A stretch of DNA of 64,000 bases from Eledone cirrhosa. Lineage: Eukaryota. Where the stretch lies: the NCBI GenBank assembly GCA_964016885.1, contig OZ024740.1, forward strand, positions 79,980,001 to 80,044,000, given 5' to 3'. Below, piece by piece: positions 51,801 to 64,000 of the stretch. The number at the start of each line of letters is the position of its first letter. Position 1 is the first letter of the stretch. The position numbers and the translations under genes were made by a program. Under the pieces are notes generated by a model. The model made no database searches, was not told the DNA's origin, and saw only the letters and a program-made list of their open reading frames with translations.

Positions 51801-54731
51801 CCACTTAAGAATTTTGCACCTAGGACAACTGCCCTTATGACCTTTTCCATGCTATACCACTGAATAAAGCAGTCATTGTTTAATCATTTATTACCTGAGT
51901 TCTAATACTGCTTTGGTTGACTTCATCTTTTACCACCCTTGAGCTAATAACATAAATATATAGTACTTGTAATGTAATGAGGTTGGTTCAATGAACTACC
52001 CACCCAGTCTGTAATAATAGTTTAACTCCACCACTTTGTTCTTTATGCTTTTTAAGTGGAACTAATCCTGTTGGAAGCATTTCAACTGGACTCCTAGTAG
52101 CCACCCTCCCTGCCTCTATTTTTATCTGCAGATGTTCAGGCTGGGTAGCAGCAACATCAGTCTCACTACCCATGTCCTGACTAAATTGTAAATAAATAAA
52201 TAAGGATTGCACTGATGAGTGGTGGTGAAACCAAAGGTAGTGGTGATGGTGAAGAAGCTATGTTCAATCTAGATTATATACTCAACTAAGGTAAAGGCTG
52301 TGGAAACTTCTGCAAAGTTGGTGGGGCGGGGGAAGAAGAAATCACTATAGGTTTTATACTCCACTAATATTTCAATGACAATACATTTAATCTTCTTTCA
52401 GCCCTCAGTCCAATTTTAGTTTCCCCTTCTACATTAATTTTAACTTTTATTTCAATATCTTCCTAATTGTTGTTTGTACCTCCTGGAAAATATCACTGAA
52501 AAAGCCCTGCTATCTTTTTCTCTTAATCTTGTATTTGATATTTGAAGTTCTGTATTAATTAGTGAAATATTTTAACTAGTAACTATTTTATCTAAATGTC
52601 ATAGAACTGTTTCTAACTTTTGGAATATTAAAAAGATATTATTTGCAATTAGCTCTTGATGTTTCTTGTTTGCTTTTCTTATTGTTTTTTATTTATTTGA
52701 GATCATCACCATGATTTTTACACCTGCTATTTCATGTTAGCATGGGTTGGACAACATTTTTGAGGCAGTTTCTTTCTATAGACTCCTTGTATGGTACATG
52801 CTGTTCATCTTCACCAAGCCATTATACTGTGGGACATATTGGTTACATGGGACATAAATAACACAGCTTGCATTAAATCAGCGGTGTGCAACATATTCCA
52901 TTGGTGGGCCACTTTTGAACATTGGAACAACTATTAGGGCCATTAATACTTATTAAGCACTATTCCAAAGATTCACCACAACTTCTTTCCATAACATGGA
53001 ACTGGGAAATTATAACACACAACCCTATCAGTGAAGCCCTTTAGTATAGGTCAACTAACAGAAAATTGTATTACAGTTCCGAAAAAAATTCTAAATAAGC
53101 CTAATAGGTAAAAATTAAAAACAGTCATTGTGGGCCACACTGACTGGTCTGGCAGGCTGGATTGTGGCCTTCGGGCCGCCTGTTGCATGCCCCCTGCTTT
53201 AAATGGTGTTAATACAAAGACACATGGATGAACTTGGCACACACACATATACACACACACACATGTGCACACATGCAACACATGCGCACATACATGTGCA
53301 CACTCGCACATGCACACTCACACACGTGCACACATACACAGGCACACTTAAACACATGCAAACACACACACAAAAAGGGCATTGGTTGGCCTGAGGCTAT
53401 TGTAAACATCATCATCATCGTTTAACATCCATTTTCCATGTTAGTTGCCCAAACTGTTGTACAGTGGGATAAAACTTGAATTAATGTAGTTGGGAAACCA
53501 ACTTCTCAATAACACAGCCACGCCATAAGAATTAAAAGCAATTAACTCTTTCAATTCTAACTCACATGAGACAACCCATGATTCTATGATATAAAATATC
53601 CCATTTTATATTGTTTTCATTGGGGATTGAACTTTGAACAGTCTATGCCATTTAAAATAGACAGTTATTAAATTATATAACCAGCATTTGTACCATTCAA
53701 CCACCAAGACTTAGATTTTATATTGTTTTGATTTAAATTGCTACCTTTCTTCATAATTTTATGAAACAACTTTAATGTTCCAGACAGAAGTTTAATAATG
53801 GGGAAGCTAGTTATTTTATTAAATTTATCTAAATTCTTAGTTATTTTCAAAATTATTTGAAACTGTTTTTCATTAGAAATAAGGTAACAAAAGGATTGAC
53901 TCATCTTAAAATATATCATATTAATCTACAAGGGAATCATTATGTGGTTGTTCAGCTTGCTAAAAACATCAGCCAAATTTCCTTCAAATCTTACATCATT
54001 CTTAAAAAAATAGGAAGAACAGCATTAGATAATGTAGTCCTAAATACACTATGGCTGAGAAAAAATATAAAGATAAAATGATAGGATGGTTATAGCTGGA
54101 ATGACTTTTGATTGTAGAGCTGAGTCTAAAGAACAACTACAACAACCATAAATTTTGTTTGGTTGGAAGAGTTTAGTTCTATAAAATTGACCATCTCCTA
54201 TAAACCAGATCTTAAAGCTTGGGAATATTAAGAGACATCATCATCATCATCAACAGCAGCATAATTGTCACATTTTATGACTGTCTTTATATTTCAGTCT
54301 ACAAGTGTTTTAACGATCATTTTCCCTGTTAAAACAAGGCTTAGTTTTGTGAACAGGCTTCTTCTCATGGAGTTTGTTTTGAGGCACTGTATAGTCAATT
54401 ACTCTTCCTGGCAGCAAGCCTTTTAGTTTGCCTTATAGACACACAGGGAATTAATGTACCTATTTTAAACAGGATAAAAACCAGGAATTATTTGATTTCA
54501 TTATTTTCCGTGGGGCACAGACCCAACACCGCCGTGACTTAGGCCCAGAGCCCATCACCCTCCCCCTTACTCCTCCCCATTATTCTGTGACACTAGAGCC
54601 CTTACCTTTCCCTTCCTTTTCCGTTTTCATAACCATAGAAGACACTTGAATATTCCATGTAACTCTGCTTTGTGTAGTGAGTACTGTATATATTTGCTTA
54701 TATATGTTCAACATTTGAATAAATTCTCTAA

Positions 54732-54950
54732 TTAACCCTTTAGCATTTAAACTGGCTATATCCGGACAGAATTTTCTCACCTGTTTCTGCTCAAAGTATC
54801 TATAACCAGTCACTCATACTGATGCTGAGGTATTGTTCTCAAAATAATATTAAAACCTCATAGCTTCGATACTATGTGAGATAATTATGTGCGAAAAGGC
54901 TTTACCTTGAAAATACAATAGTAAATATGATGTAAATGCTAAAGGGTTAA
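54732..54950 (+). mobile_element. piggyBac-like MITE, family 1
   Basis: TTAA-CCCTTTAGCATTTA ... TAAATGCTAAAGGG-TTAA. Confidence 0.9.
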
Positions 54951-55012
54951 ATGTAAATTAAATCAAAATAAACTCATTCTCTTATAATGTGTAAACTATG
55001 TTTTATTTCCAG

Positions 55013-55199
55013 AGGGGTTCACTTAAAGGATTTGATATCCCTTCACACAGCACTTGCTGACAAAGTTGATGGAGTCACCACCAGCTTAATTCACTTCCGT
55101 AAAATGGTTCAACTTTATCAAATCTTTAAAGAACTTACTTGCCTACAAAACGAAAACCTTCCACTTGATACCAATATGGACCTTGTTAATACTCTTCGG
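55013..55199 (+). CDS. RASGRP: RasGRP-like exon, RasGEF domain C-terminal part
   Basis: Encodes GVHLKDLISLHTALADKVDG...LIHFRKMVQLYQIFKELTCLQ...NMDLVNTLR. Acceptor ttttatttccag, donor gtaagt at 55200. Confidence 0.96.
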
Positions 55200-55431
55200 G
55201 TAAGTACCTTACCATAGTAGTGTGAATAGAGTTTGTGTTACTTAGCTTTTTTATATTGCACAGGTTTTGATGTACTGAATACTGGTGAGAACTCAACTGA
55301 CACATGTAAACTGTGGATGGTTGTTATCCATGGTCTAATCCTTATCTGTTCACATTAACTTATATATCACCTTTCCATGTAACCTTATTTCTCAGTTTTC
55401 CCTGTGTAATATCAAATAAATATGCACTGTA

Positions 55432-55660
55432 TTAACCCTTTAGCATTTAAACTGGCTGTATCCGGCCAGAATTCTCTCACCTCTTTCTGTTCAAAGCAGC
55501 TGTAATCAGCCACTCATACTTATGTTAAGCTATTGTTCTAAAAAAAAATAATATCAAAATCTCACAGATTCGATATTATGTGAGATAATTATGTGAGATA
55601 AAGCTTTTACCCCGAAAATACAATAGTAAATATAGAGTAATGCAAATGCTGAAGGGTTAA
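55432..55660 (+). mobile_element. piggyBac-like MITE, family 1
   Basis: Same TIRs and TTAA ends as 54732-54950. Confidence 0.9.
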
Positions 55661-55699
55661 GTGCAGACTGACTTTGGTTGTTTATGCTTACTCTACAGT

Positions 55700-58600
55700 T
55701 CATCATCATCATCATCATCAACGTTTAACGTCCGTGTTCCACGCTTGCATGGGTTTGGACGGGGGTAGTCCCACTTGAGGCAAGAGTGATTGTCTTGCTC
55801 GCATAGGACTGTCTGGCAGGTTTTCTACAGTTGGATGCCCTTCCTAACACCAACCACATTTACAGTGTGGGTCTGGGAGGTTTTTACCGTGTTGCCTACA
55901 CGGCCACATTACAGCGTGGACTGTGTGTTTTTTTGTCGTGACACCTACACGATCTCATCTGTTTCGGCCTGGATGGCGCGGCACCAACATAACTTTACAT
56001 AGAACGGGGTGGTGTGGATGGGGTGGGGGTGGTGGCGGGACGGGGTGTATTTTGTTAGAGATGCCTACTGGCAAGGCGGGTCTTCTCTGTTACTGAATAC
56101 CGCCAAAGGTCTCGGTCCAGTGACATTGTCTTGGAGAGGTGTAAGTGTGTGAGGTCGGAGTTTATCAGCTCGTCCCAGGTTTTTCTAGGTCTGCCTATTC
56201 CGTGGCTACCGTCTATCTTTATTGCCCTGCACTTTGTTATACAGCTATCGACTTTCATGTGCATCACGTGTCCATACCAACGTAGCCTTCTCTCGAGTAA
56301 ACAACATCTGATCCCTCTTATCTCTAATTTTTTCCTTAGTTCGTTTATACTTTGCCGTTCACGTATATATTACTGTTACACATCCAGTGGAGCATGCAAG
56401 CTTCGTTCCTCTCTAGTCTGCGTATATCCTCTGCACACAATGCCCAGGTCTCACTGCCATGCAACATTGCTGTTCGTATGCAGGCATCGTACAACCTGCC
56501 TTTCATTTTTAGGGAGAACCCTTTAGCAGCTAATAGTGGTATAAGCTCTCTGAACTTTTTCCAACTCTAGCTACAGTACTTTCAGAGCACCCTCCCCCAC
56601 TGCTGATTTTATCGCCCAGGTAACGGAAGCTGTCCACTATTTCTATAGAACCCTCTGCGCAATTGAAAGAGCTAGTATTTTGTGGGCACTTGCTGCTACT
56701 TATTGCACCAGAACACCGGCCACATGTAAAATCTATGTTCTTAGTTAGCTTACCTGTGATCCCACTACATCTTTTATGCACCCATACTTTGCATTTAGGA
56801 CATAAAATGGAGTTTCTACCTACGCCTTTCCTACACACCGAGCACGACCATTTCCCAGAAGGGACCGCCGTCTTGTTTTCTTTCCTACAAACTAGAACTT
56901 TGGTCTTAGCCAGGTTAATTTTAAGTCCTTTTGACTCTAGGCCGTGCTTCCATGTTTGGAATTTCTTCCCTAGCTCGGCCATTGATTCCGCTATGAGTGT
57001 CAGGTCGTCTGCGTATAGGAGTTCCCATGGGCAGCCTGTCTTGAACTCCTCTGTTATATCCTGAAGGGCAATAATAAATAGTAGGGGGCTGAGAACAGAG
57101 CCCTGATGGACGCCAACTTTTACGCTAAACTCTTCACTATATTTGTTGTTAATTCTAACCTTGCTGACTGTTTCTTTATACATGGCTTGTATAGCCCTCA
57201 CAAGCCATTCGTCAACGCCTAGTTTTCTAAGAGCCCACCAGATAATGGAGCGGGGTCTCTGTCGAAGGCTTTCTCCAAGTCGACAAAATCTAAGTAGAGG
57301 GGTTTACCTTTAGCTAGGAACTTCTCCTGTAGTTGTCGTACTATGAAAAGAGCGTCTGTGATACTTTTGCCTGACACAAACCCGAACTGCATTTCATCTA
57401 GGTCAATTCTCTCTCTGATTAGTTGCGCTATTACTTTTTCCGTGACCTTCATGACCTGGTCGATTAATTTAATGCCTCTATAGTTACTCCTATCTAGGGC
57501 GTCTCCTTTACCCTTATAACAGTTAACGATGATGCTGCTATGCCAGTCCTTCGGAACAACCCCATTCTGTACGACTTGGTTAACTATGCGAGTGACCATG
57601 GTGTGTCCCACCGTGCCAGATGCCTTCAGCATCTCAGCAACTATTTCCGAAGGCCCAGCCGCCTTACCCGTCTTCATATCCTTGATTGCCTTACTTATTA
57701 TACTCCCCTCGACTAACACTGCTGGTCCCTCTATTGGGTCGATATGGGGGAGACTGTCTTTCTCCCATTTATTCTCCTCATTTAGTAGCCTTTCATAGTG
57801 ACACTTCCAAGCTACCTTCTTATCAGTGTCGGTGATGGCAAGTATGCCATCATCGTTAAGTACACACTTCTCCCCGACAATATCACGGTTTTCCTTGACG
57901 CATTGCCTAGCAATCCTGAACACCTCACGTTTTTGGTCATCGCGTTGTAGAACATGCTTGAACTTTCTTTCCTCAGCTTCCCTTCTTGCTAAGTACACTT
58001 CTCTCCTAGCTTCCCTCCTGGCCACTTGATAGTCTACTCTACTTCCCCCATCCCACCATACTTTCCAAGCCTGCTTTTTGGCCTTAATTGACCCCTCCAC
58101 CTTACTGTTCCACCACCATGTTACTCTCCTCCTGCCTACAGGCCTGCTCCAGCCACAGACTTCGTCTGTCGCCAACAGCAGGTTTGCTTTCAGAAATTCC
58201 CACTGTCCCTCTATATTGTCCGACTCTAAATGTTCTTCCTTACTGTCGAAAGCATCAAGTAATATGTTTTGAAATTTATTTTTGGCTGTGGGGTCCTTTA
58301 GCTTCCATATTTTTCTCCTGAGGATAGTCCTCTTCTGCTGTCGAGTACGTCTCGTCCTGACTATGAGGTCGCTAATTATCAGTCTATGTTGGGAGGTGCA
58401 TTCTTCATGGGGGAGGGATTTAGTGTTTACAACAGACACTCTGTCACGTCTTCTGGTAAGGATATAATCTACCTGGCTTGTGTGTTCCCCAGATCTATAG
58501 GTGATCAGGTGATTGTCACATTTTTTGAAGTTAGTGTTACAGATAGTTAGGTTATTTGCATCACAGAATTCCAGGATTCTGGAGCCTTCCTCATTTCTAG

Positions 58601-59790
58601 TACCAAACCCATAGCCTCCATGGATTTCGTCGTAGCCGTCACAATGTTGTCCAACGTGACCATTTAGGTCGCCTGCAATAATTATATAGTCACTGTCAAA
58701 TATTTGGGAGGTAGTGAGCATCAGTGTCTCATAGAATCTGTCTTTTATAGTGCCGGGCAGTCCGGATTGGGGTGCGTACGCAGATATTACTGTCACCGTA
58801 GTTCTATTGAGGACAAGTCGTATTTTAATTATTCTGTCGTTCACTCTATTTACGTCTATTATCTTATCTGCCCACTTTTCTGCTACCATGATTCCTACTC
58901 CACCCAGCCCATCGTCGTTTCCCACCCAGAAAAGCTTATAACATCGTTTTTTTTACCCTCAATGAATCTAGCAGACCCACCCCTCCACCTGGTCTCTTGA
59001 ATACAACAAACATCGACCTCCTTACGTTCAAGCATTTCTACAACCTCGTTAGCGCGACCCTTTAGGGTGCCTACATTTATGGTACCAACTCTGAAGTTTT
59101 GGATTGTGTTTGGAGGGTGGGGGTGGTGGGGGGCGGGGGGAGATGGGGTTATGTTAGCCATCCGCGGGCGAAACAAAGAGGAGTGCTCGCATTCTCGTCC
59201 ACGAGGTGAATTTGACTTTAACTTTGGCATTTTCGCTCTGAGCGTCCAGATTTTTCTCTCCCTTCCACTCTCCAAGATTCCGCAGTCCGTCCATCCATCC
59301 ATCCATCCATCATATATCGAAGGCAACCGTGCAAGCGATAGTATAGGCCTCTGGCTTATGATTGGTCCGCGTAATAATAATAATGGTGATGCGTGTGGGG
59401 GGGGGGTCTCTGGCTTATAATAATAATAATGGTGATGCGTGTGTGGGGGGGGTCTCTGGCTTATGATTGGTCCACGTATTAAGAATGGTGGTGTGTGGGG
59501 GCGGGTGGGAGGGGTGTGGGGTAGCTAGCTGGAAGGTTATGAGTGTTTAACAAAAAGCAAAACTGCAAGATTTGTTCTGTTCAATACGACAAAAACACCG
59601 TATTTAAACCTTAATAAATAACAAAAAATACAGATTTCGGATTTTGCGAGATTGGATGTTTGGACTATCTACGAAATTGTGGCGTGGAGTAGATAGGAAA
59701 AACGTGAACGTTACGATTACATGGTTACACCGTAGTAGGAATAGTTGAAGCAGCAATTGTTTGGCGAAAGTGAATAAACATGAACGGGAA
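55700..59790 (-). mobile_element. Near full-length RTE-clade LINE (APE endonuclease, RT, PHD-like finger), frameshifted
   Basis: Endonuclease motifs GTINVGTL, CIQETRW, AGDLNGH, SQVDYIL. RT motifs QFGF, FVDLEKAFD, HQGSVLSP, YADDL. (TGA)n 3' tail at 55700. Frame breaks near 58950, 57250 and 56560. 5' boundary uncertain. Confidence 0.96.
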
Positions 59791-60002
59791 TTTATCTTAT
59801 ATATATATATATATATGTGTGTGTGTAGCTAAGAGAGAGGGGAAGGGGAAGGGGAAGAGAGAGAGAGTGGGAAGGGGGAGAGAGAGAGAGAGAGTGGCTG
59901 ACCGCAACCCCTCGTGAAGAAGATGGTGGGTGAAGGGTGTATGAGCGGGATTTTTGACTTTTGAGGTAGCATGATATATATATTTAAAGTAATTTATAAG
60001 AA

Positions 60003-60195
60003 GTAGAATGGGAAGGATTTTGTTTTTTTGTTTGAGAATACGATAGAATTAAGGAATTGGAGGATACGATAGAATTAAGGAATTGGAGGATACGATAGAA
60101 TTAAGAATGGGAAGGATTTTGTTTTTTGTTTGGGAATACGATGGAATTAAGGAATTTAAGGAATTGGAGAATACGATAGAATTAAGGAATTGAGG
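60003..60195. repeat. 26-bp tandem repeat inside a ~100-bp duplication, next to the RTE 5' end
   Basis: gagRatacgatagaattaaggaattg occurs about 5 times. agaatgggaaggattttg occurs at 60005 and 60104. Confidence 0.8.
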
Positions 60196-62350
60196 AGTTG
60201 TATATGTATATTAACAAATTTTATTGTTTCAATACATCGTATTTATAACTGGCCATTACAAGTTCAATACAATTTTATTTACTATGAATTCAACACATAC
60301 ATTAAAAATTCTAATTATAACACAAATTTTAATGCACATCTTAGAATAACACAGTTTCATGTCAAGTGACTGAGAGAGCTTCAAAATGGTTATTCTGACA
60401 GAAGTATCAGCCAAATTTCCTTAAAATTACTTTCTACTATTGTACAAAAGGACGCATTGCTATACCTGAATATAAAATAGAATGATCATGTTTAATAACA
60501 GGTCTGATAACTAACATTGGGTCTGATCTGAAGCCATACAAAGACATCATCAAGGTTAGGATACATCTTCAGAGTACTCAAGTGGTGCTACTGACCTCTA
60601 AGATGAACTGGGTAACTGCATCTTGCTTACATACGATTCCATGCTCTACCAAGTGTATTTTATTGTTATACTATAACTAGGGAGGTTGTTATGTCTTTGA
60701 CACAACTGAGATATGCTCCCGACAACATATTTGGCATATTTTGGATATCAACTGATATATAAATAATCTAAGAGAGCATCTGTTGTTTTTCTACATGTGA
60801 AAACTGGATGAGACCCAACTAGATTGAAGGTGCTATTTGCCTATTGTTGGACGTGTTTCTTTCAAAATTGCATGTACACATGAACACACACACACATGCA
60901 TATATACACATACATGTTATATGTTGGTTTGACTGGAACTCAGTTCCACATTCCACTGAAGGTGAAGCTTGGATTCTCAGTCAACCCAATATGCATAATA
61001 TATTTAGTTCTACCACCAGTATTGAGTTCCTCCACCTGTAAATGTGTGTGCGTACAGAGACAGAGAAAGAGCATGAGAGAGCATTATATCAGTTACATAG
61101 TAAAGGATTCAATACAAGTAAAACAGTACACTTAACTATCTTTCAATTTTGTATGAAATGGGGATGTATTTATAATTGTTATTAAAACACACACCATCAC
61201 CATAATCATCATCATCACCATCACAATCATCATCATCACAATCATCATCATCATCATTTAACGGCCGTTTTGCCTGCAAGCAACGTGGTGGTGGCAGTAG
61301 TAGTGGTGATGTTGCTGTTGTTGTGATGTTGCTGTTGTTGTTCATCCATAAGTCAGTTCTGATTGAACAAACCTTTAATAAGCGTTCTAGCCATGACCAT
61401 CCTATATTGCTTTCAGTTAATGCCTTCCAAACTAATTTGTCCAGTATGTCTATTTTTAAGATTTTACAATTTGATTTGAAAGAGATAGAAATTTGGCTGT
61501 TATTTCTAGCAGACTTAGCTATCTCAGGCATACATTACTGATAATGGAGAGATACTCTTGATAGAATTATGAAAATAGAAGATATTAGATAAAGGAAAGG
61601 AAAAAATTGAAGTCCCCAAAACTAGAAATATACCATACACAGAAAGTTTTTCCAAAATACAGAAGGGTATTGAGATGAAAAGTAATTCCAGTTGTTAAAC
61701 AAGAGAGGTCTGAAGAGGAAGTTTGTCTAAAGTCTGTCTTAAGCCAGAAGGCTCATTTGGCTGGTGCTTATCCCGGTTTCGTGGCGTGAAGCGACTGAGA
61801 GTACAAGACTCTCTCCTGGATAGGATGCCAGTCCATCACAGGGTTAAACCCCCAGCTAGTGCTGGTACCCATTTTCAGCTGAGTGTACTGGAGCAATGTG
61901 AAATGAAGTGCTTTGCTCAAGAATACAACACGCAACCCACGACATTTGGATCATAAGTCCAACACCCTTTCCACTAGGCCATGTGCCTCCACTGAAGAGG
62001 CAGACAGAGGGCTTAATCTTAGCTGTATAAGATCAAGCAATCAAATGAGATACATCAGAAAAAATATAAATAAGGAAGACATCTTGGTTGCATGTAGAGA
62101 GATGATGGCACGTGTGGTTTCTGAATGCAAGATGATTACTTAGTAGGATTATATGAACATGGGGACATGACAAAATTCATACAATTTTACAATGGTGAAT
62201 TTGTAAAAAGTTTCAATTTGAGTATGTGGAAATGTGGTCTGGTGTAACCATAAAACAGAACATGTCCTTGTAATATGCATGTAAAAGTACTTTGGAATAC
62301 AAAGCTTCAAATGCATTCGTTAATGGAACATTCATGGCCAGATATTGTTA

Positions 62351-63587
62351 TTCTCAATCATCATCATCATCATCACCGTTTTACGTCCGTTCTTCCATGC
62401 TAGCATGGGTTAGACAGGTTGTCCTGTTGTGGGCAGTGTCTGGTCGGCTGACCATGCCTTGCTCATACAGGAACTGATCTGGCTTGATTTCTACAGCTGG
62501 ATGCCCTTCCTAACACCAACCTCATTTACAGTGAGTGCTGGGTGCTTTTTTGTGGCGCCTACACGTCCACTTTACAGTGTGGGCTGGGTGCTTTTTTGCT
62601 GTGGAACCTCCACGACCACCTTGCGGTGGGGGGAGTGGGGGCATATTGTTTATATGCTTCAGCATGTACCCATGGGAGGTCGGGTACCCTGTATTACTGC
62701 GTGACGCCAGAAGTCACGGTCGTGTGTCATTGTCTTTGAGAGGTGTAGTTGGGTAAGGTCGGCTTTTATCACCTCATCCCAAGTCATCTTGGGTCTCCCC
62801 ACTCCGCGGTTTCCATCAACTTCTAGTGCTCTGAACCTTTTTATGCAGCTGTCATCCTTCATACGCATCACATATCCATACCAGCGTAACCGCCTCTCCT
62901 GCACGCAGCATTTGATTCCTCTTATGCTCAGTCTCTCTCTCAATTCCTTTATGCTTTGTCGTTCACGTATATTACTGTTACACATCCATCGGAGCATGCA
63001 GGCTTCGTTTCTCTCTAATCTACGTAAGTCTTCCACCTTCAGCGCCCAGGTCTCACTACCATGCAACATCGCTGTTCGGATACACGCATCATACAGTCTG
63101 CCTTTCATTCTGAGGGAGAAGCCTTTTGCAGCTAGCAGTGGTAGTAGTTCCCTAAACTTCTTCCATCCCGTTCTTACCCTAGTTATTGTACTTTCTGAGC
63201 ACCCACCTCCGTTGCTAATTCGGTCACCTAGGTAGCAGAAGCTGTCTACTGTTTCTACAGGGCCCTCCCAGAGATTGGTGGTACTTGTTTCCTGTGGCTG
63301 TTTGCTTGCTGTTTCAGCACAGCTGCTGCATGTGAATCCTACATTCTTAATTAAGCTTCCTGAGATCCCGCTACATCTCTTGTGTACCCATTGTTTGCAT
63401 TTGGGGCAGAGAATGGAGTTCCTACCTACACCTTTCCTACATACTGAGCAAGGCCATTTCCCTGAGGGGATCTGGGTTCTGTTTTCTCGTCTACTTACAA
63501 GGACCTTAGTCTTTGTCATGTTGACTTTGAGGCCCTTTCTCTCTAGTCCCTGCTTCCAGGTTTGGAATTTATTCTCTAGTTCTCAAT
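62351..63587 (-). mobile_element. 5'-truncated RTE LINE with an open 286-aa C-terminal ORF and an 8-bp TSD
   Basis: ORF 62659-63519 (PHD-like finger, YLGD, HGSETW, RLRWYG) and a (TGA)n tail. ttctcaat is repeated at 62351-62358 and 63580-63587. Confidence 0.95.
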
Positions 63588-64000
63588 AAAGAGGAAAAAG
63601 TGTGTTGGTTAATTCATATTGCTTATCTGTTTCATACTAGAGTGGTAGACAAAGAATGTGAGAAAATAGAATAATATCAAGACCTAAAATATGAAATGTG
63701 TAGGTAATTTCATATTGCTGTAAAGTTTATTATCCCAATAGGGCATGACTTCCTGCAATCTTTGTAGATAACATACATGTATACTGTATTAAAACAATAT
63801 AACATAATACACAAGCAATGTTAATATATAAGACAAATGTACACTAATAAAACTATATAATATCAAATACATGTAATATTAGTATATAACAGCACATGTC
63901 ATGCACACTATATTAAAATCATATAATACATATAATACACATGCAATATTCATATGTGCCACGGCAAAAAAGCACCCAGCCCACACTGTAAAGTGGACGT

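Noticed and set aside
56131-59420. Plus-strand ORFs over the LINE (also 31255-31836 and 62789-63589)
   Set aside because: Antisense shadows of the retrotransposon ORFs.
55200-64000. Expected next RasGRP exons (end of GEF domain, EF hands, C1 domain)
   Set aside because: No matching coding segment with splice sites was found by eye. They probably lie beyond the window, though a short exon could have been missed.

Overview
AT-rich, repeat-dense animal genomic DNA. The SINE, RTE and microsatellite content suggests a cephalopod such as Octopus (inference). The window carries the 5' and middle part of one + strand gene, a RasGRP-family (CalDAG-GEF) Ras guanine-nucleotide exchange factor. Eight frame-consistent exons (22495-55199) encode a P/T-rich N-terminus, the REM domain and most of the CDC25/RasGEF domain. 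There is a candidate start exon at 12050, and no EF-hand or C1 exons were found in the window. Intron 33992-38347 is a U12 (minor spliceosome) GT-AG intron. It contains a ~60-copy 23-bp minisatellite built largely from U12-donor-like motifs, a SINE whose target-site duplication overlaps the U12 branch point, a Penelope GIY-YIG remnant and an intact-looking minimal hammerhead ribozyme. Across the introns there are about 13 minimal type I hammerhead motifs, intact or decayed, from several sequence families. Many sit as outward-facing pairs in fold-back palindromes next to (TA)n or (TC)n tracts, the same layout as the Penelope remnant. Other repeats are a near full-length frameshifted RTE LINE with a PHD-like finger, truncated RTE and CR1 LINEs, tRNA-head SINEs, TTAA-flanked piggyBac-like MITEs and Tc1/mariner-type pieces. 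All calls were made by reading the sequence; no database search was run, and repeat boundaries are approximate.
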